Source of the DNA: Octopus sinensis
Taxonomy: Eukaryota
Length of the DNA stretch: 64,000 nt
Reading direction: 5' to 3'
NCBI RefSeq assembly: GCF_006345805.1
Contig: NC_042997.1
Coordinates: 101,866,001 to 101,930,000, forward strand
The first letter of the stretch is position 1. Each line of letters opens with the position of its first letter. The translations under genes and the position numbers were made by a program. Shown one piece after another: positions 36,785 to 49,912 of this stretch. The notes under the pieces are model-generated. The model saw only the letters and a list, made by a program, of their open reading frames with translations. It was not told the DNA's origin and searched no databases.

Positions 36785-37208
36785 CTAATAGGCACAATGC
36801 CTGAAATTTTGGAGGAGGGTATAGCCGATTACATCAACCACAGTGCTCAATTTGTACTTAATTTATCGACTTCGAAAGGATCAAAGGCAACGTTGGCTTC
36901 GACGCAAATTGAACATAGAAATTAAAGACAGACGAAATGCCACTAAGCATTTTGTCCTACGTGTTAACGCTTCTTGTTTCTTTATTGCCCACAAGGGGCT
37001 AAACATAGAGGGGACAAATAAGGGCAGACAAAGGGACTAAGTCGATTATATCAACCCCAATGCGTAACTGGTACTTAATTTATCGACCCCGAAAGGATGA
37101 CAGGCAAAGTCGACCTCGGCGGAATTTGAACTCAGAACGTAACGGCAGACGAAATACTGCTATGCATTTCGCCCGGCGCGCTAACGCTTCTGCCAGCTCG
37201 CTGCCTTC
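36785..37208 (-). mobile_element. Two tandem tRNA-derived SINEs (Meta-domain-like)
   Basis: Minus strand aaggcagcgagctggcagaagcgttagc...gagttcaaattccgccgaggtcgactttgcctgtcatcctttcggggtcgataaattaagtacc. Confidence 0.85.
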
Positions 37209-38109
37209 CGTTGTTCCCGTTATATACCATGCCTCCCATTACTTGAGGATCACACTGCACACCCCGATTTGCAACAATAACTTGTATGGGGGACAATGTG
37301 ACGGTCTGGACGTGTAGTATTCTTTTCATATTTCAGTCTGTTTGCATGTCTATAGATCCTTATGTGGCCACAGTAGAAGTAGAATAGGCTCAGTAAGAGC
37401 ATGACAGTTGCTATTTCCTTTCCACTTCTCAGTACAGTGCTTGAGGTTAATAAAGCTATTTAAGACAAGGGTTGAACCCGATACTCGAGTATTAAATGAT
37501 CTTGCTCCATTACAACAGCGAATTAATCTCGGGTAGGATAAGCCTACTAATTAGTGTTTTAGTTATGGTTAAGTCAGAGTTCTTTCTAATGATACAATTT
37601 GCATATTGCTTCCCACTCTTTTTGTGTTAGTCTGGTTCTGTTCTATCACTTTCCTTTCACACTAGTTTCCACAAGCTGTCGTGTTAGTAGAGATCTAAAC
37701 ACAGATATACACACATGGCCGGTTTTAAAGTACGTATTAAAACAAATTATTTTAAAGTTGTGATGTGTATCATTATCACCCCGAAAGATAATGAACAAAA
37801 CTAAACAAGGCATGTAACTCATGATCCAGTTTATCTGTATTTCAACAGAAACTGTGAGAGGGGCTCTTCAGAAAAATGCTTTATATATTACTAAGCTATT
37901 TCCTTTATACAAATAAAATTCCTACCAAGATTGTATCAACAAAACATATCAAAACAACTTACATTGCAAGTTTTATTAATTTACTCGTTTTCTTTCTATG
38001 GTGAGATTTTGCAAAAAACCTAAAACTGGAGCCAGTCCCTAGCTCTGCCATGCACCGTTCATTATATGCTACAGATGAGTTTATCCATGTTTTGGCTAAT
38101 AAATAACTC

Positions 38110-38374
38110 GTAGAGTATGACTATATGGTTAAGAAGTTTGCTTCGCTAGCATGTGGTCGTGGATTTACTCCCACTGCACACACTTTGGGAAATGTTTTCT
38201 GCTATAGCCCCCAGCCGACCAAATCCTTGTGAGTGGATTTGGTTGGCAAAGTTTTCTGGCACAAATGAATTAGGCCCTAAGATTCAACATGAAAAATTCC
38301 AACAATAAATAAAATTTGAAAATTTTCACTTAATTTTAAAATTTCAAAAAGTGCAACCAAACAGAAAAGATCTT

Positions 38375-38408
<34 letters not shown>

Positions 38409-38855
38409 CATACATACATGCATGCATGTGTTTCTGTCTCCTTGCTATGATTTCATGTGACAGTTGTCCGTTTTCAATCTTTCGTGAAAACATGTCTGGT
38501 CATGGGGAACATTACCTTACTTGGGAACAAGTGAGAGTTGGTGACTGGAAGAGCATCCAACTGTAGATAATCGGCAAATTTTCCTCAACAAATTCCGTCC
38601 GACACAAAGCGATCACGATGACGACGACGATGCGTGTATACATACATATATGCGCGCGCGTACGTTTGTGTTTGTCTTCCACCTCCACCTCATTTGACAA
38701 CAGGTGTTGGTGTTTATATCCGACAAAGGAGACCGATAAAGTACATTCCAGCCATGAAAGGAAAATAAGTACTGGAGTGGATTTGTTCGACTAAACTCTT
38801 TAAGGCAGTACCCCAGCATGGTCGCAGTTTAAAGACTGAAGCAAGTGAAAGAAAA
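38110..38855 (+). mobile_element. Composite of tRNA SINE head, (TG)n, RTE-type tail and second-type tail
   Basis: Head similar to 13978; tail ccagcatggtcgcagt...gactgaagcaagtgaaag at about 38810-38850. Confidence 0.7.
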
Positions 38856-39055
38856 GAACTGCCTGAAGCTTATCACACATCTATCTCACTTATACTCAAT
38901 ACTAAAATGTCTCAGGGGCAGAGATATTTCACAAGATGAAAGAAAAATATTCTGTGTAAAAGCTGACTGAAAACTTTGAAATAAAGTAATGACAGTTTAA
39001 AAGAAAAAAGAACGAAAGATAGATAATCTAAAATTGCTTAATATTTTATCAGACA

Positions 39056-39796
39056 CTAGCAGCATAGCCCGGCGTTGCCCGGGTATGTAAGAAACTGTCG
39101 ATAAGCAATGCCCTTTACCTTTTTACCCTTTTTTGTACTCATTGAACCGTTATTTTGTAAAATGAAGCCTAAAAGGCATTAAGGCATTCAAAGCACCGTT
39201 CCCTTGCATGCATGAAGAAAATCTATGACATTCAAAGTGCATTTTCTGATTTTGTTTAGCACACTCAACCCAGTTCTGCGGTTTTTTCCAGTAATAACGT
39301 ATCCTCTTGGAATCATAAGGGCCATATAGCTCCTTGGAGCAGACATGATGCTCGCTGTGAATTTCAAAAAAAATTCCTGCCAATTTGTTAAAGATATTGT
39401 CGAAAATATGTCATCTTGAATTTGAACGCGATTTCCCAAAATGGCATGATTTTATCAATTTTTTCTGATGGTAAGGTATTGCATGGAAAACTAACGCAAG
39501 AATTAAGTTCCTTAGGGTAACATTAAGCTTCACCATGAGTTTGGTGAAAATCGATTGCATGTTGCGAAAACTACAACGGAAAATGTGTTGCATATGATAA
39601 GCTTAGATTCTAGACCCCATGTCGAATTTATCGATTTTTTTCAGAACTGGGGGAACTTTTCAAAATTTTCGCTGCGTTAGTTTTGAATTATGACATTGGG
39701 CTATGCGTGTGTCAAGTTTCATCAGAATCGGTTGAAAGCCGTGGTCAGGGTGAGGGTACAACCTGACAGACAACTTGCCTTTTATATATATATAGA
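39056..39796 (-). mobile_element. Non-autonomous Helitron
   Basis: Minus strand begins A|TCTATATAT and ends with the GC hairpin cccgggcaacgccggg about 12 nt before CTAG|T; no TSD; canonical Helitron termini. Confidence 0.88.
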
Positions 39797-39827
39797 TTTA
39801 TTTCTTGTCATTTGAAAAGAAATAATA

Positions 39828-40290
39828 ATAATTATAATGGTTTCAAATTTTGCCACAAGGGGAGCAGTTTTGTGGGGGAGGGATGAGTCAATTACATCGA
39901 CCCCAGTGTTCAATTAATTACCCTTTCTACTACTGGCGCAAATGCTGAAATTTTTAGGAAGGGGGCTTGACGATTCTACTAGCTCGCCGCCTTAATAATA
40001 ATAATTTTTTCCTACTATAAGCACAATGCCTGAAATTTTAGGGGACGGAACTAGTCGATTACATCGACCCCAGGGCTCAACTTAGACTTATTTTATAGAC
40101 CTCGAAATCATAAAAGGCAAAGTTGACCTCGACGGAATTTGAACTTAGAACGTCAAGGCAGATGAAATGCCGCCAAGCATTTTGCCTAGTACTTTGTTCT
40201 TCGATTTCGAAAGAATGAAATGCGAAGTTGACCACAGCAGGAGTTGGACTCTGAACGTAAAGAGCTGAAAGAAATGGCGCTTAGCTTTTT
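39828..40290 (-). mobile_element. Cluster of Meta-domain-like SINE fragments with (TTA)n tails
   Basis: Several partial copies of the 36785-37208 family in tandem. Confidence 0.75.
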
Positions 40291-40396
40291 ATCTGACAAG
40301 TTTGGACCTGTTTCGTGTACAACTGAGATGTATAATGTGAATGAGTGATGCATACTATATGTTAAAGTTATATATGAATAGTTCGGGCCGCTCGAT

Positions 40397-40539
40397 GCTA
40401 TCTATCTATCTATATATCTGTCTGTCTGTCTATCCGTATGTCTATCCATCTATCTATCTATCTGTCTGTCTGTCTGTCCGTCCGTCCGTCCGTCCGTCCG
40501 TCCGTCCGTCCGTCCGTCCGTCCATCCATCCATCCATCC

Positions 40540-40597
<58 letters not shown>
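40397..40597 (+). repeat. (TCTA)n/(TCTG)n/(TCCG)n/(TCCA)n compound microsatellite
   Basis: Direct reading. Confidence 0.97.
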
Positions 40598-40598
<1 letters not shown>

Positions 40599-41427
40599 AC
40601 TACCCACAATTTGGGAACCGGTGTTGGCTTGCTTACGTACCCATAGCCTAGTGATTTGGCAAAAAGAAATGATAAAATAAGTACCAAACTTTAAAAATAA
40701 AAAGCACCAGTGCGATTTGATCAAGTAAATCCTTAAATGTCGAGCCCCAGCATAGCCCCAACATAGCCGCAGCCAGAGACTGAAACAAAGAATAAAAAGA
40801 AAATAATAATATATCTAAATGTGACCTGAATAAGCATGAATATAACCTCTTTTGAAAGAATCAATACTGGAAATTCCTACACTACAGATAAAATCCAATC
40901 CATAGCTAATCGAGTAAACATACTAGATAGACTAATAATGATCCTGAACCAAAGTTAATTTATATTTGAACGTATCTTTCATGCTCTGTTTATCTATTTT
41001 TCAAACTAACCGATTTATTTTAATCCTTGAACGTAATTATAAGTGTAGAATTCATTTTTACAGGTAAAAACATTTAAACTCTCATCAAATTTCATTTAAC
41101 ATTATGTAGTTTTTTTGTGAACCTTAGCTGGTTGATGAAGAAAACGTTGATATTACCCCTCACACACCTAAACCAACTTTACATCTTGCATAATAAGATT
41201 TTTTTAAAGCAAATACAGTTTAGAATTGATGAAAATTTCATATAATGTGTCAGCGGAAGTTAATATTACCGTCTTTCATTTTGTGATGGACTTGGCGCAC
41301 AGTCACCCCCTCCCCCGAAACTGATCTTTCTGATTTTCCGTAAATGTTTTTCTTGTGCACCCCCCCCCCAACACCTGCACATAAATGCACGCAGATACAC
41401 ATGGACGATGTCCCATTTTGGAAGTAT

Positions 41428-41783
41428 GTTACTTGTTTCAGTTATTTGACTGCGGGCATGCTGGAGTACCGCCTTCAGTCGAACAAGTCGACACTAGTAC
41501 TTATTCTATCGTTCATGTTTGTCGAGCCGCTAAGTTATGGAGACGTAAACACACCAACATTGGACGGGGGGGGGGACAAACACACATATATAAGCCTTGT
41601 AAGTGGATTTGGTAGACGGAAATTGAAAGAAGACCGTTGTATATATATATATATACGACGGTCTTTGGTCGGCCCGAGGCTATAGTGGAAGTCACTTACC
41701 CAAGGTGCGATACAGTGGGACTGAACCCCGGAACCATGCGGTTTAGATGCAAGCTTCTTATCACACAGCCACTCCTGCGCCTA
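41428..41783 (-). mobile_element. tRNA/CORE-type SINE with internally rearranged blocks
   Basis: Colinear with 12136-12539 at both ends; the middle block at about 41592-41640 is in the opposite orientation. Confidence 0.8.
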
Positions 41784-44188
41784 TTATGTTTTGTTATATT
41801 AAAGCCTTTATTATTTTGGAATGAAGAACACAAACATAGGTGCTGAGCAAGTGACTAAACTTGTAGATTTAGTTTGGATTAATCCAATGAATTGACAGCA
41901 AGGTAATTGCTTCTGTCAGTATCGTTTACCTTTAAAGCGAAAAAACTAAACCGACACATAAGACAGTTATGTAATATATATTTGTGTGTACCTCTTTCTC
42001 TGTTTGCGCACACACAAACACAAAAATTCTCCAGACATTTAGCTGTTATTTTTAGCATATCGAATTTCCTGGTGAGGTCTTTACATGCCGTGATCCTTTT
42101 GCTGTTTCAGTATAAATTTATGCGCGCGGAAACGGCCGTTCATTTTCGCTTTCTACAACGGGATGGGTTGCAAGAGTGTTGTAGGTCAGTTTGGGAGTTT
42201 TTCATAAGAAATTTAAAAACTAAAATTTGCTCCCCTCCCCCACCATATTCTTAATCTCCATATTTTTCGACGTAGATTCTAAAAAAGAATATCAAATAAG
42301 AGTTGAAAATTAAAAATTTGATGGGGAGTGGGAAATAAACATTTTGAAAACGTGTTTTTTTTTTTTTTGCATATTCGGAATCTCCGCCATCGTAAACATA
42401 GAAATCCATCGAAAAAAAAACCAAAAAACCGGAAAGGTCGGTGACTGTCCGCCCCCTAATCTTCCTTTCTTGAAAAGAGGAAGGAGATAGAATAGGACTT
42501 GTAGAAATTTTATAATCCCGTTAGAGTTATCTCCCCTATAGTTTAATTATACAAACAGTATTCCTTCCTCGTTGGTTAAGTTACATTCAGACAAAATATT
42601 TATCATTTCTTTAATATCTACAATTGTGACTAGGAATGTTGAAAAAAACCTCTTTTAACACGCCTAACTTTATTTTGCACAACATGACTGATTTAAAAAT
42701 CACTTCCCTGCTACAAGGTCCAGGGTTTGATCTAACTCTCACGGCACCCTGGAAATTTTCTTCTACAATAGCTTCAGGTTAACCAAAATATATGAATGAA
42801 ATTGGATTATCGGAAACTGTGGAACTGTATTGGTTCTGTCATTATTATTATTATTATTTTATTGTTGGGGAGGGTTGGTTGGGTGATATACTTAAAACTA
42901 TCACCCAATTTAACAACGCCATCAGGCTCTCGAATGCTTTTAACAATTTTAATAGCTCTCCGATTTGAAGTAACTCTCTCTTTTCATCTCACCTAATCGC
43001 AAAATCCCTTAAGAAGATTATTGGACACTACACTTATACTCTAACCAAGCTAGAACAAGGAGAGAGAGAGAGAGAGAGGGGGGGGGAGAGAGCGATAGAA
43101 AGAGAGAGAGAGAGAGACTACATCTGAATCAGTAATAGAATATTTCAATATTCCTTCGATAAACTTCCAAATTTACTCTTCTCATACAACACTTTGCTGA
43201 TAATTTATCCTGCCAGCATTATCAGAACTTGTTTTCCACCCTAAAAAGTAAGGAGTACTAATTTTACAAGAAAATTAATATAACATATATATTAATAATA
43301 AAATCACATATTTTTCATACAGTGATGAGCAAGAAAAAAAATTGATCTAAGCAGTACAAGAAACTAAAGCATACAAAAATACGAATGCAAGTAAAAGAAA
43401 AAAAAAGCCACAGGTAAAAAATCACAGGAGTTTTGTCTGAGTACCATAAATTGTGTCTTTTTATTCTTGTCAAAATTGTGACTTTTTCCTGTGACTTTAT
43501 TACCGGTCACCAAAAATAAAATTAGAATACCGATCAAACCACTTGTAATAAAGTTGTTGAAATACAGACAATTCCTTGTTATTCAGTTACATAATTAAAT
43601 GAGAATGATCTCCATAAGTCTGAATGCTCATCAGTGAATAAATACAAGATAGAATTTTAATCGGTAGTGAGGGAAGTGGTCGGATTCATACAGTAGTAAC
43701 TTGGTCAAATAGCATTTTTATCGTCATCCGTGTGAGGTGTTTTACTCTTGAACAGTGTTTGTGTCATAACGCTTCCAAAATGATAGTTATAATTTCCTTA
43801 CAATGTCAAAACAAAAGGTATATTAAATGTATAAAAGAAAGGAATGGTAATGATAATCAATATATGTCTTAATTTAACTTTATTAATGATTCAAAGTTGT
43901 ATATTGATCAGTTATGTTATATTTTACATGCTAAATGTTGAGGAAGGAGCAATTTCCATGGCCTTCGCAGGATCTTGGCCGATGATATTAGTGTCAATCA
44001 ATATTCTTCTTGGTCAAAACTTGCAGTAAAAAAACGAGCAGGGAGAGAATTCCAGAGTTGATAGTCTAGGGAGGAATGAAGGACTGGACATAATGCTTAG
44101 TGAGATATCGAAGGGTGAACCAGTGGGTGGCCTAGTGAGAATGATAAGAGGAGGAGAGATCAGTGAGCTAGGATTGCTTGAGTGGAGG

Positions 44189-44341
44189 CAGGGCCGGCCC
44201 TAGGGTTGCAGGCGCCTCAGGCAAGCTGAACTTCGGCGTGTAGAAGCTGATGGTCGTGGAAATTTCCTTGTTTTTGCTACGCCTTCCTTAGCGTCCCCTA
44301 GCACTTAGCATCCTGGGTGACTGCCCGAGTTGCCGGCCTTG
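44189..44341. mobile_element. hAT-type MITE inserted in an old LINE remnant
   Basis: TIRs cagggccggc / gccggccttg; exact 8-bp TSD agtggagg at 44181-44188 and 44342-44349. Confidence 0.85.
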
Positions 44342-44766
44342 AGTGGAGGTAACACAAGCCGAGCTAACTCAGAGGAGCTGAAGTCATTATAGAATAGGTA
44401 GAAAAGGCAGAGAGAGGACACATCACACTTGTGGAATAGACGCTAAAAGACAGTCTAAAATGTCTTTCTTCAGCAACAGCAACGTCTCAGTTGTGAGCCT
44501 CACCTCAGTTTTGTTGGTTGTCTATAATTATTGGGGAAGGAAGTATCGTTTGGTTATGAAGAGAAAACCAGTTGTTGAAATATGGCTCTATGTTAATCAT
44601 ATGCTTTCACAAGGGGAATTTTTTTTTTATCAAGCTTTTTAAAACATTCCACACAGAATTTTGGTTAATGTTTACTTTAACACTCGGCCACCAAACAAAA
44701 AAAAAGTGTAATAGGATTAAAAAATGTGTATTAGAATAAAAATTTGCGCCAACGAACCGATTATAA

Positions 44767-45608
44767 TAATAATAATAATAATTGTGTACAGTGCTCAGGT
44801 GCACTACAACTCATCTAAAGTGTATATATAATCAGGTGTAGTTTCGACGGATTTCGGGAAGCATGAGGGCCTTAAAGGATGCAGTGTCATGGCAGTCAAC
44901 AACTGATGCAGGCAGTTTATTCCACGCTTCAGCAACCCTGAGCGTGAAAAAATGTTTCCGAAAGTCATGGGAGCTGTGCTGTTTTCTGACTTTGTAGGCA
45001 TGTCCACGTGTGTTAGACACATGGAGATCAAAAAGGTGTTCAGTGTTGTTGTTGGTGAGGTGGTTGATAACCTTGTGGGTGTTTACCAAGTCCGTCGCCA
45101 GACGCCGGAGCTTCAGTGAATCCATGCCCAGGGAAACAAGGCGCTCAGAATATGGTAGGTGTCTGATGGAGGGTATGCGTTTGGTTGCACGTCTCTGGAC
45201 AGATTCCAGGAGGTCAATGTTCTGAGCAAGATAGGGATTCCAAACTGATGATGCGAATTCCAAGTGTGGTCGTACCATAGCTGTATACAGTTTTAAATAG
45301 ATGGCTGGAGAGCGGCTAACAAAAGTCTTGCTGAGTGATGCCAAGACACCCTCGGCCTTCTTGACAATTTTAGAGATATGCTTTGTCCAACGCAAGTCAC
45401 TGCTGACAGTGATGCCTAGGTCACGCTCGCAAGAGGATTTCTTGATATCAGTGTTGTGAAGGGAGTATGTGGACGCAGGGTTTTTTCTCCCAAAATGCAT
45501 GGTGGTACACTTGTCCACAGCCAGTTTCAGTTGCCAGTCTGTGATCCATTGCTGCATTGTGTCTAGGTCTGATTGCAGGAAAGAGTTGTAGACATCAGGA
45601 TCAGTCCT
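44767..45608 (-). mobile_element. Young 5'-truncated CR1-clade LINE
   Basis: Uninterrupted RT C-terminus (LQSDLD, ERDLGI, LYTAMVRPHLEFASSVWNPY, LESVQRRATK, TRGHAYK, FFTLRVAEAWNKLP); (ATT)n tail; TSD gattataa at 44759 and 45609. Confidence 0.95.
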
Positions 45609-45975
45609 GATTATAAAGAAATTTGAGGAGGAAATTTTTTTCCGAGAGGGTAGGTAGAAGAGAAAGAAACTCATAACTTATTTTTTGTTTGAGTGCTTTG
45701 GAAAAAAGTGAAGGGCGATTTAGCACTTGTTTTTAGTACATCTCACGATACTTTCCTTGTTTTTTAATATTTTCGGTTAACTACAAGTTCTCTCGGTCGC
45801 CAATAAGCAAATTGACAAGCCTGATGGGGGGTAGAAAGAGCTGTATCGAACGTTTTACAGTATTAAAAAAATGCGCCAAGTTATTAGTGAATGGCATCAA
45901 GTTATTGGTGAACCACATCATGATACATGGGATTTTTTTAAAAACCATTTTCTGTTACTCAAACGAATTTAAAAG

Positions 45976-46379
45976 GGATCTTTTCGGTTTGAACGGCAGT
46001 TTTTTCTAGCGGTGTCATATGAAATTGTCACCCATAATTATGACCCTAGTATCGATCTATTGCATTTCAATCTGTTTTAGGGTTAGGGTGGGGGTAAGGG
46101 TATCTTTCTTTCTTCATAAATGTAAATAAACCCAATCTGTTTCTTAAACGAGGGACATATTCATACGGCACAGAATGTTTTTTTTACCTCAATAGACGTC
46201 AGTGATTGGTTGAAATTGAAGAAAAAAAAACAACAAATATCTTACAAACCATAGAATTTTCTCAATAAAGCCAAGAGAAAAAGATGTTTTATAAACACAT
46301 TCTACCAGTATACGAAGTTTAAAATTTTTTAGTTACCTAGAAATTATGTTAAAAACTGCCGTTCAAACCGAAAAGATCC
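45976..46379. mobile_element. MITE with 29-bp TIRs and 8-bp TSD (Merlin- or hAT-like)
   Basis: ggatcttttcggtttgaacggcagttttt / aaaaactgccgttcaaaccgaaaagatcc; TSD tttaaaag on both sides. Confidence 0.92.
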
Positions 46380-46530
46380 TTTAAAAGTTCTTTTTGTCAA
46401 ACTTCTGAAAGTCCTCTCCCCACCGCCTCAGAAAAAAAGTTTTCTGCACTAACTTCTTTATAATCGGTTCGTTGGCGCAAATCTTTCTTCACATATTCGT
46501 TTAATACACATCTTTTTACACCTATTTTAT

Positions 46531-46882
46531 TTTTACTTTTATTTGTTTCAGTCATTTGACTGCGGCCATACTGGAGCACCGCCTTTAGTTGAACAAATCG
46601 ATCCCATGACTTGTAAGCCTAGTACTTATTCTATCGGTCTATTTACCGAACCGCTAAGTTACGGGGGTCGTAAACACGCCATCGGTCGTCGAGCGATGGT
46701 GGGGGACAAACATAGACATACAAATACATATATATATGACGGGTTTCTTTCAGTTTCCGTCTACCAAATCCACTCACAAGGCTTTGGTCGGCCCGAGGGT
46801 ATATTAGAAGACACTTGCCCAAGGTGCCACGCAGTGGGACTGAACCTGGAACCATATAGTTGGGAAGCAAGCTTCTTACAGC
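46531..46882 (-). mobile_element. tRNA/CORE-type SINE, CpG-retaining copy
   Basis: Colinear with 12136-12539. Confidence 0.9.
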
Positions 46883-47321
46883 ACGTTTTAGTGGTCGGGT
46901 GTTAAAGTAAACATTTACCAGAATTTTAAACTTTGCTATCATTAATTATTTTTGATCATTATTAATTTCAGGGTGTTTAGTGAATTATATCCATTCTATT
47001 TTGTAATCTATCTGACTCATTTTATCGAAAGACTAAGATGATCTGAATGATGTCCCTTTAGAGAGTTACGTCCCCTCTTTGATCAAGAGCACAACACATA
47101 CATAGCTATTTACATCATCTGTCAAATTTAATGTGACCTAATAATGACCAAAATATAAAAAAAAAAAAAAGGCAAGATGCCCAGGGTTGTCTTACACGCA
47201 TATACAAGTGTGCACGTACACTATCCAGATTTTTGTTTTCTTATGAACAGCTTTTGCTTGAGAAACAAGAGTTATCTCTCTCAGGGTTATTGTATATTTT
47301 ATGTATGTACGGATGTGTATA

Positions 47322-47537
47322 CAGTAATCCCTCGACTATCGCGGGTGTTACGTTCCAAAACCTCCAACAGAAATAATTAAAATTTAAAAAAATATAAATA
47401 CCTATCGGCCACAGAAACCGCGATATAAATTTACATATATTAGCCAGAAAAATCCGTGATGTACTGAGTGCGGGATAGGTGAACCGCGATGTACTGAATG
47501 CACGATAGGTGAACCGCTATATGACGAGGAAATACTG
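47322..47537. mobile_element. Tigger/pogo-type MITE
   Basis: TA|cagtaatccctcgactatcgcgg ... ccgctatatgacgaggaaatactg|TA; internal 30-bp tandem duplication at about 47455-47517. Confidence 0.82.
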
Positions 47538-47571
47538 TATATTTGTATAATGCTTGTCCATATATATATAT

Positions 47572-47741
47572 AGTTTAAATTTACGGAAAAACAAAAGATG
47601 AAGATAGGTGTATAAACAACAAACAAATGTATTAGTTCAACGCTTTGGAAAATGAGAAAGTCTTTTACGTTTCAAGCCTACGCTCTTCAACAGAAAGGGA
47701 ATTAAAAACAAAAAAAACCTTTGGAGCTAGCGGTCAGTCAT
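47572..47741 (-). mobile_element. Penelope-like 3' terminal fragment with variant hammerhead motif, in (TA)n
   Basis: Minus strand CTTT CTGTTGA A GAGC gtag GCTT GAAA CGTA AAAG at 47697-47662, followed by a T-rich tail; TA repeats on both flanks. Confidence 0.55.
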
Positions 47742-49211
47742 GTGTATATATATACACATACATGCACACAGATTTTAACGATGGGTTTGAAGTCTCCCTT
47801 GGTTTTACTACTGAACCATATATACCTTTATATAATATGTTTTGTGTGTACACTTGTGGAAGTAACAAAAAAAAAAAAAATGATCTTTAAAATAAAAGTC
47901 ACACTTTATTCCTCCATAAAGTGGTACAGTGGATGAAGTAAGAAACATTACAAATTCTGGTGGTTGTAGTTCATCCATCGGTTGAATAATTTAGCTTGAG
48001 TTGTTGTTGGTTACACGTGCACTATTATATTAATTTTTCTCTTGTAAAAAATGGTAGGAAATCAGCATAACTTGCCTTGGTAAAAAATACCCACCCTTCT
48101 GTCCTTAGATAATTTGTGGCACCAATGTTCAAAACTCACGATAGGTAAAATGACCAATCATTACAGATTAACATGCTGAACCTATAAAAACCTCATTGTC
48201 TTCAATATGCCATACTAGAAATTGGTCTTGCTACAAATGTTTGTAGCAGTAATCTGATTATAAGTATTTTTTCTGGTTTTATAAATCCCAGCTTCTCAAG
48301 ATTGGTACTGTGGCAGTCACATAGCCACATACTTCAATAATTATTTGTAGAAATCTAAATATATAAACCTGTTGGCTTACCTTGAGATTTCTCATCAGTT
48401 CAGTATAGATGTTCTCTTTTTACTTTAACGGATTTGAACTACTGTGCATAGTTTCTTTTCTCTTCTTAGATTATTATGTCCAGTATGTATTTTATTAAAT
48501 TCATAACAGAGACGTTCCACCAATATTCTTTTGCATTATTTGTAGTTATACTCTCCATATCTCTGTAGCTTTGTGTTTGTGTATGTGTTTATATGTTATT
48601 ATTCACTTTTATTTCACAATTTCTTTCCAACAGAGAAAGAGCCAGTTTTTAACCTAGATCCAAGGCTCCTTCATTGGAATTTCAACATCAACAACAAGGT
48701 ATTTTTGTATGTATGTATATGTGCAAATTTGTATGTATTCTTGTGCATATAGTTACATGTCTAGACATGCTCATATATTCTTAAATGACAAACTTCTGGA
48801 AAGTTTTATAGATTTTTACAGTACCAGTGACGTCTTGGATCTGTTGTCTTCAAATCAGCTTCCTCCTTTCTGGTTTTGAGAAGCCTAATTTCACAAGATT
48901 GGTAATTAGGCAGTGTGTTACATATCCCAATACCCCAATAATTACAGGTATAAACCTGAACTTGTAATCTGGGTAGAGTAACTAAATTCCTCAATAGTTC
49001 AGCATAGATAGGTGGGTTGTTTGTGTTTGTTCATTTGCCTGCCTGCCTTGGGTAAGACATTAAACTGCGCCCAGTTGTAGGAATCCAGTTTGGGAATTCT
49101 AGAGCTGTAGGGAGCATGGTGTCACCCTTTAATTACCATTACTCTCAGGTTCATTCTGACTCAGACTGGTAGTACTTGTGAGTGTCTCATCTATGGGTTA
49201 AATAGATTTTC

Positions 49212-49912
49212 CCTGAATGCATTGAGCAGTGATATTGCACCAAGTTTTGTCAAAAGCTTTGTGATACTCAAGTTCAAACCATCCAGAAGATTCAGCAGGC
49301 CTTTGGCAATTATACCATGGACACAATTCAGATCAACCGTTTCAAATATGGTCACACCTAAGGGGAGAGAGGCACACTTGGGCAGGCCATCTACAAGCTG
49401 AAAAAAGAAACTGAGAAGATTCGGTGAATAGTCATGGAAGATTGTCATGTAACAATCCAGGAAATTACTTAGGAGGTGGGAATAAACACAAGATCAGTGC
49501 ATTCCATTCTAATGGAGGATTTGTGCATGCAAAAAGTTTCAGCAAAATTCATCCCACATGTGCTAGAAGAGCAGTAGAAGCAACTCAGCATGAAAATTGC
49601 TCAGGACATGCTGGACTGTGCAAACTATAACCCAGACTTCATAAAGACGATCATCATTGGTGATGAGACATGGGTTTATAGTTTCTTCTTGATGCATTCG
49701 GCCATCTTGCATGAAAACGAAAGGCTGATGAATGCACACTACATGTCTGTACCCAAGGCATAATAGCCAGTAACAGAAGCTGCTTACCAGTGCAAAAATT
49801 TTCATGCATGAATAGGCAGGGTGGGGTCACTTACCACCCAAAGGATTTTGCCCATGCAGCATTGGTTTTGGTAGGAAAAAATACAACTGGATACTTTTTG
49901 AATGCACCTTGC
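49212..49912 (+). mobile_element. Decayed, rearranged mariner fragment
   Basis: N-terminal traces (IQKIQQAFG, GRPSTS, PDFIKTIIIGDETWVY), followed at about 49690-49912 by what reads as an inverted 5' end/TIR of the same family. Confidence 0.75.

Noticed and set aside
46075-46100. Interstitial telomere or chromosome fusion site
   Set aside because: Only two TTAGGG units, inside a MITE.
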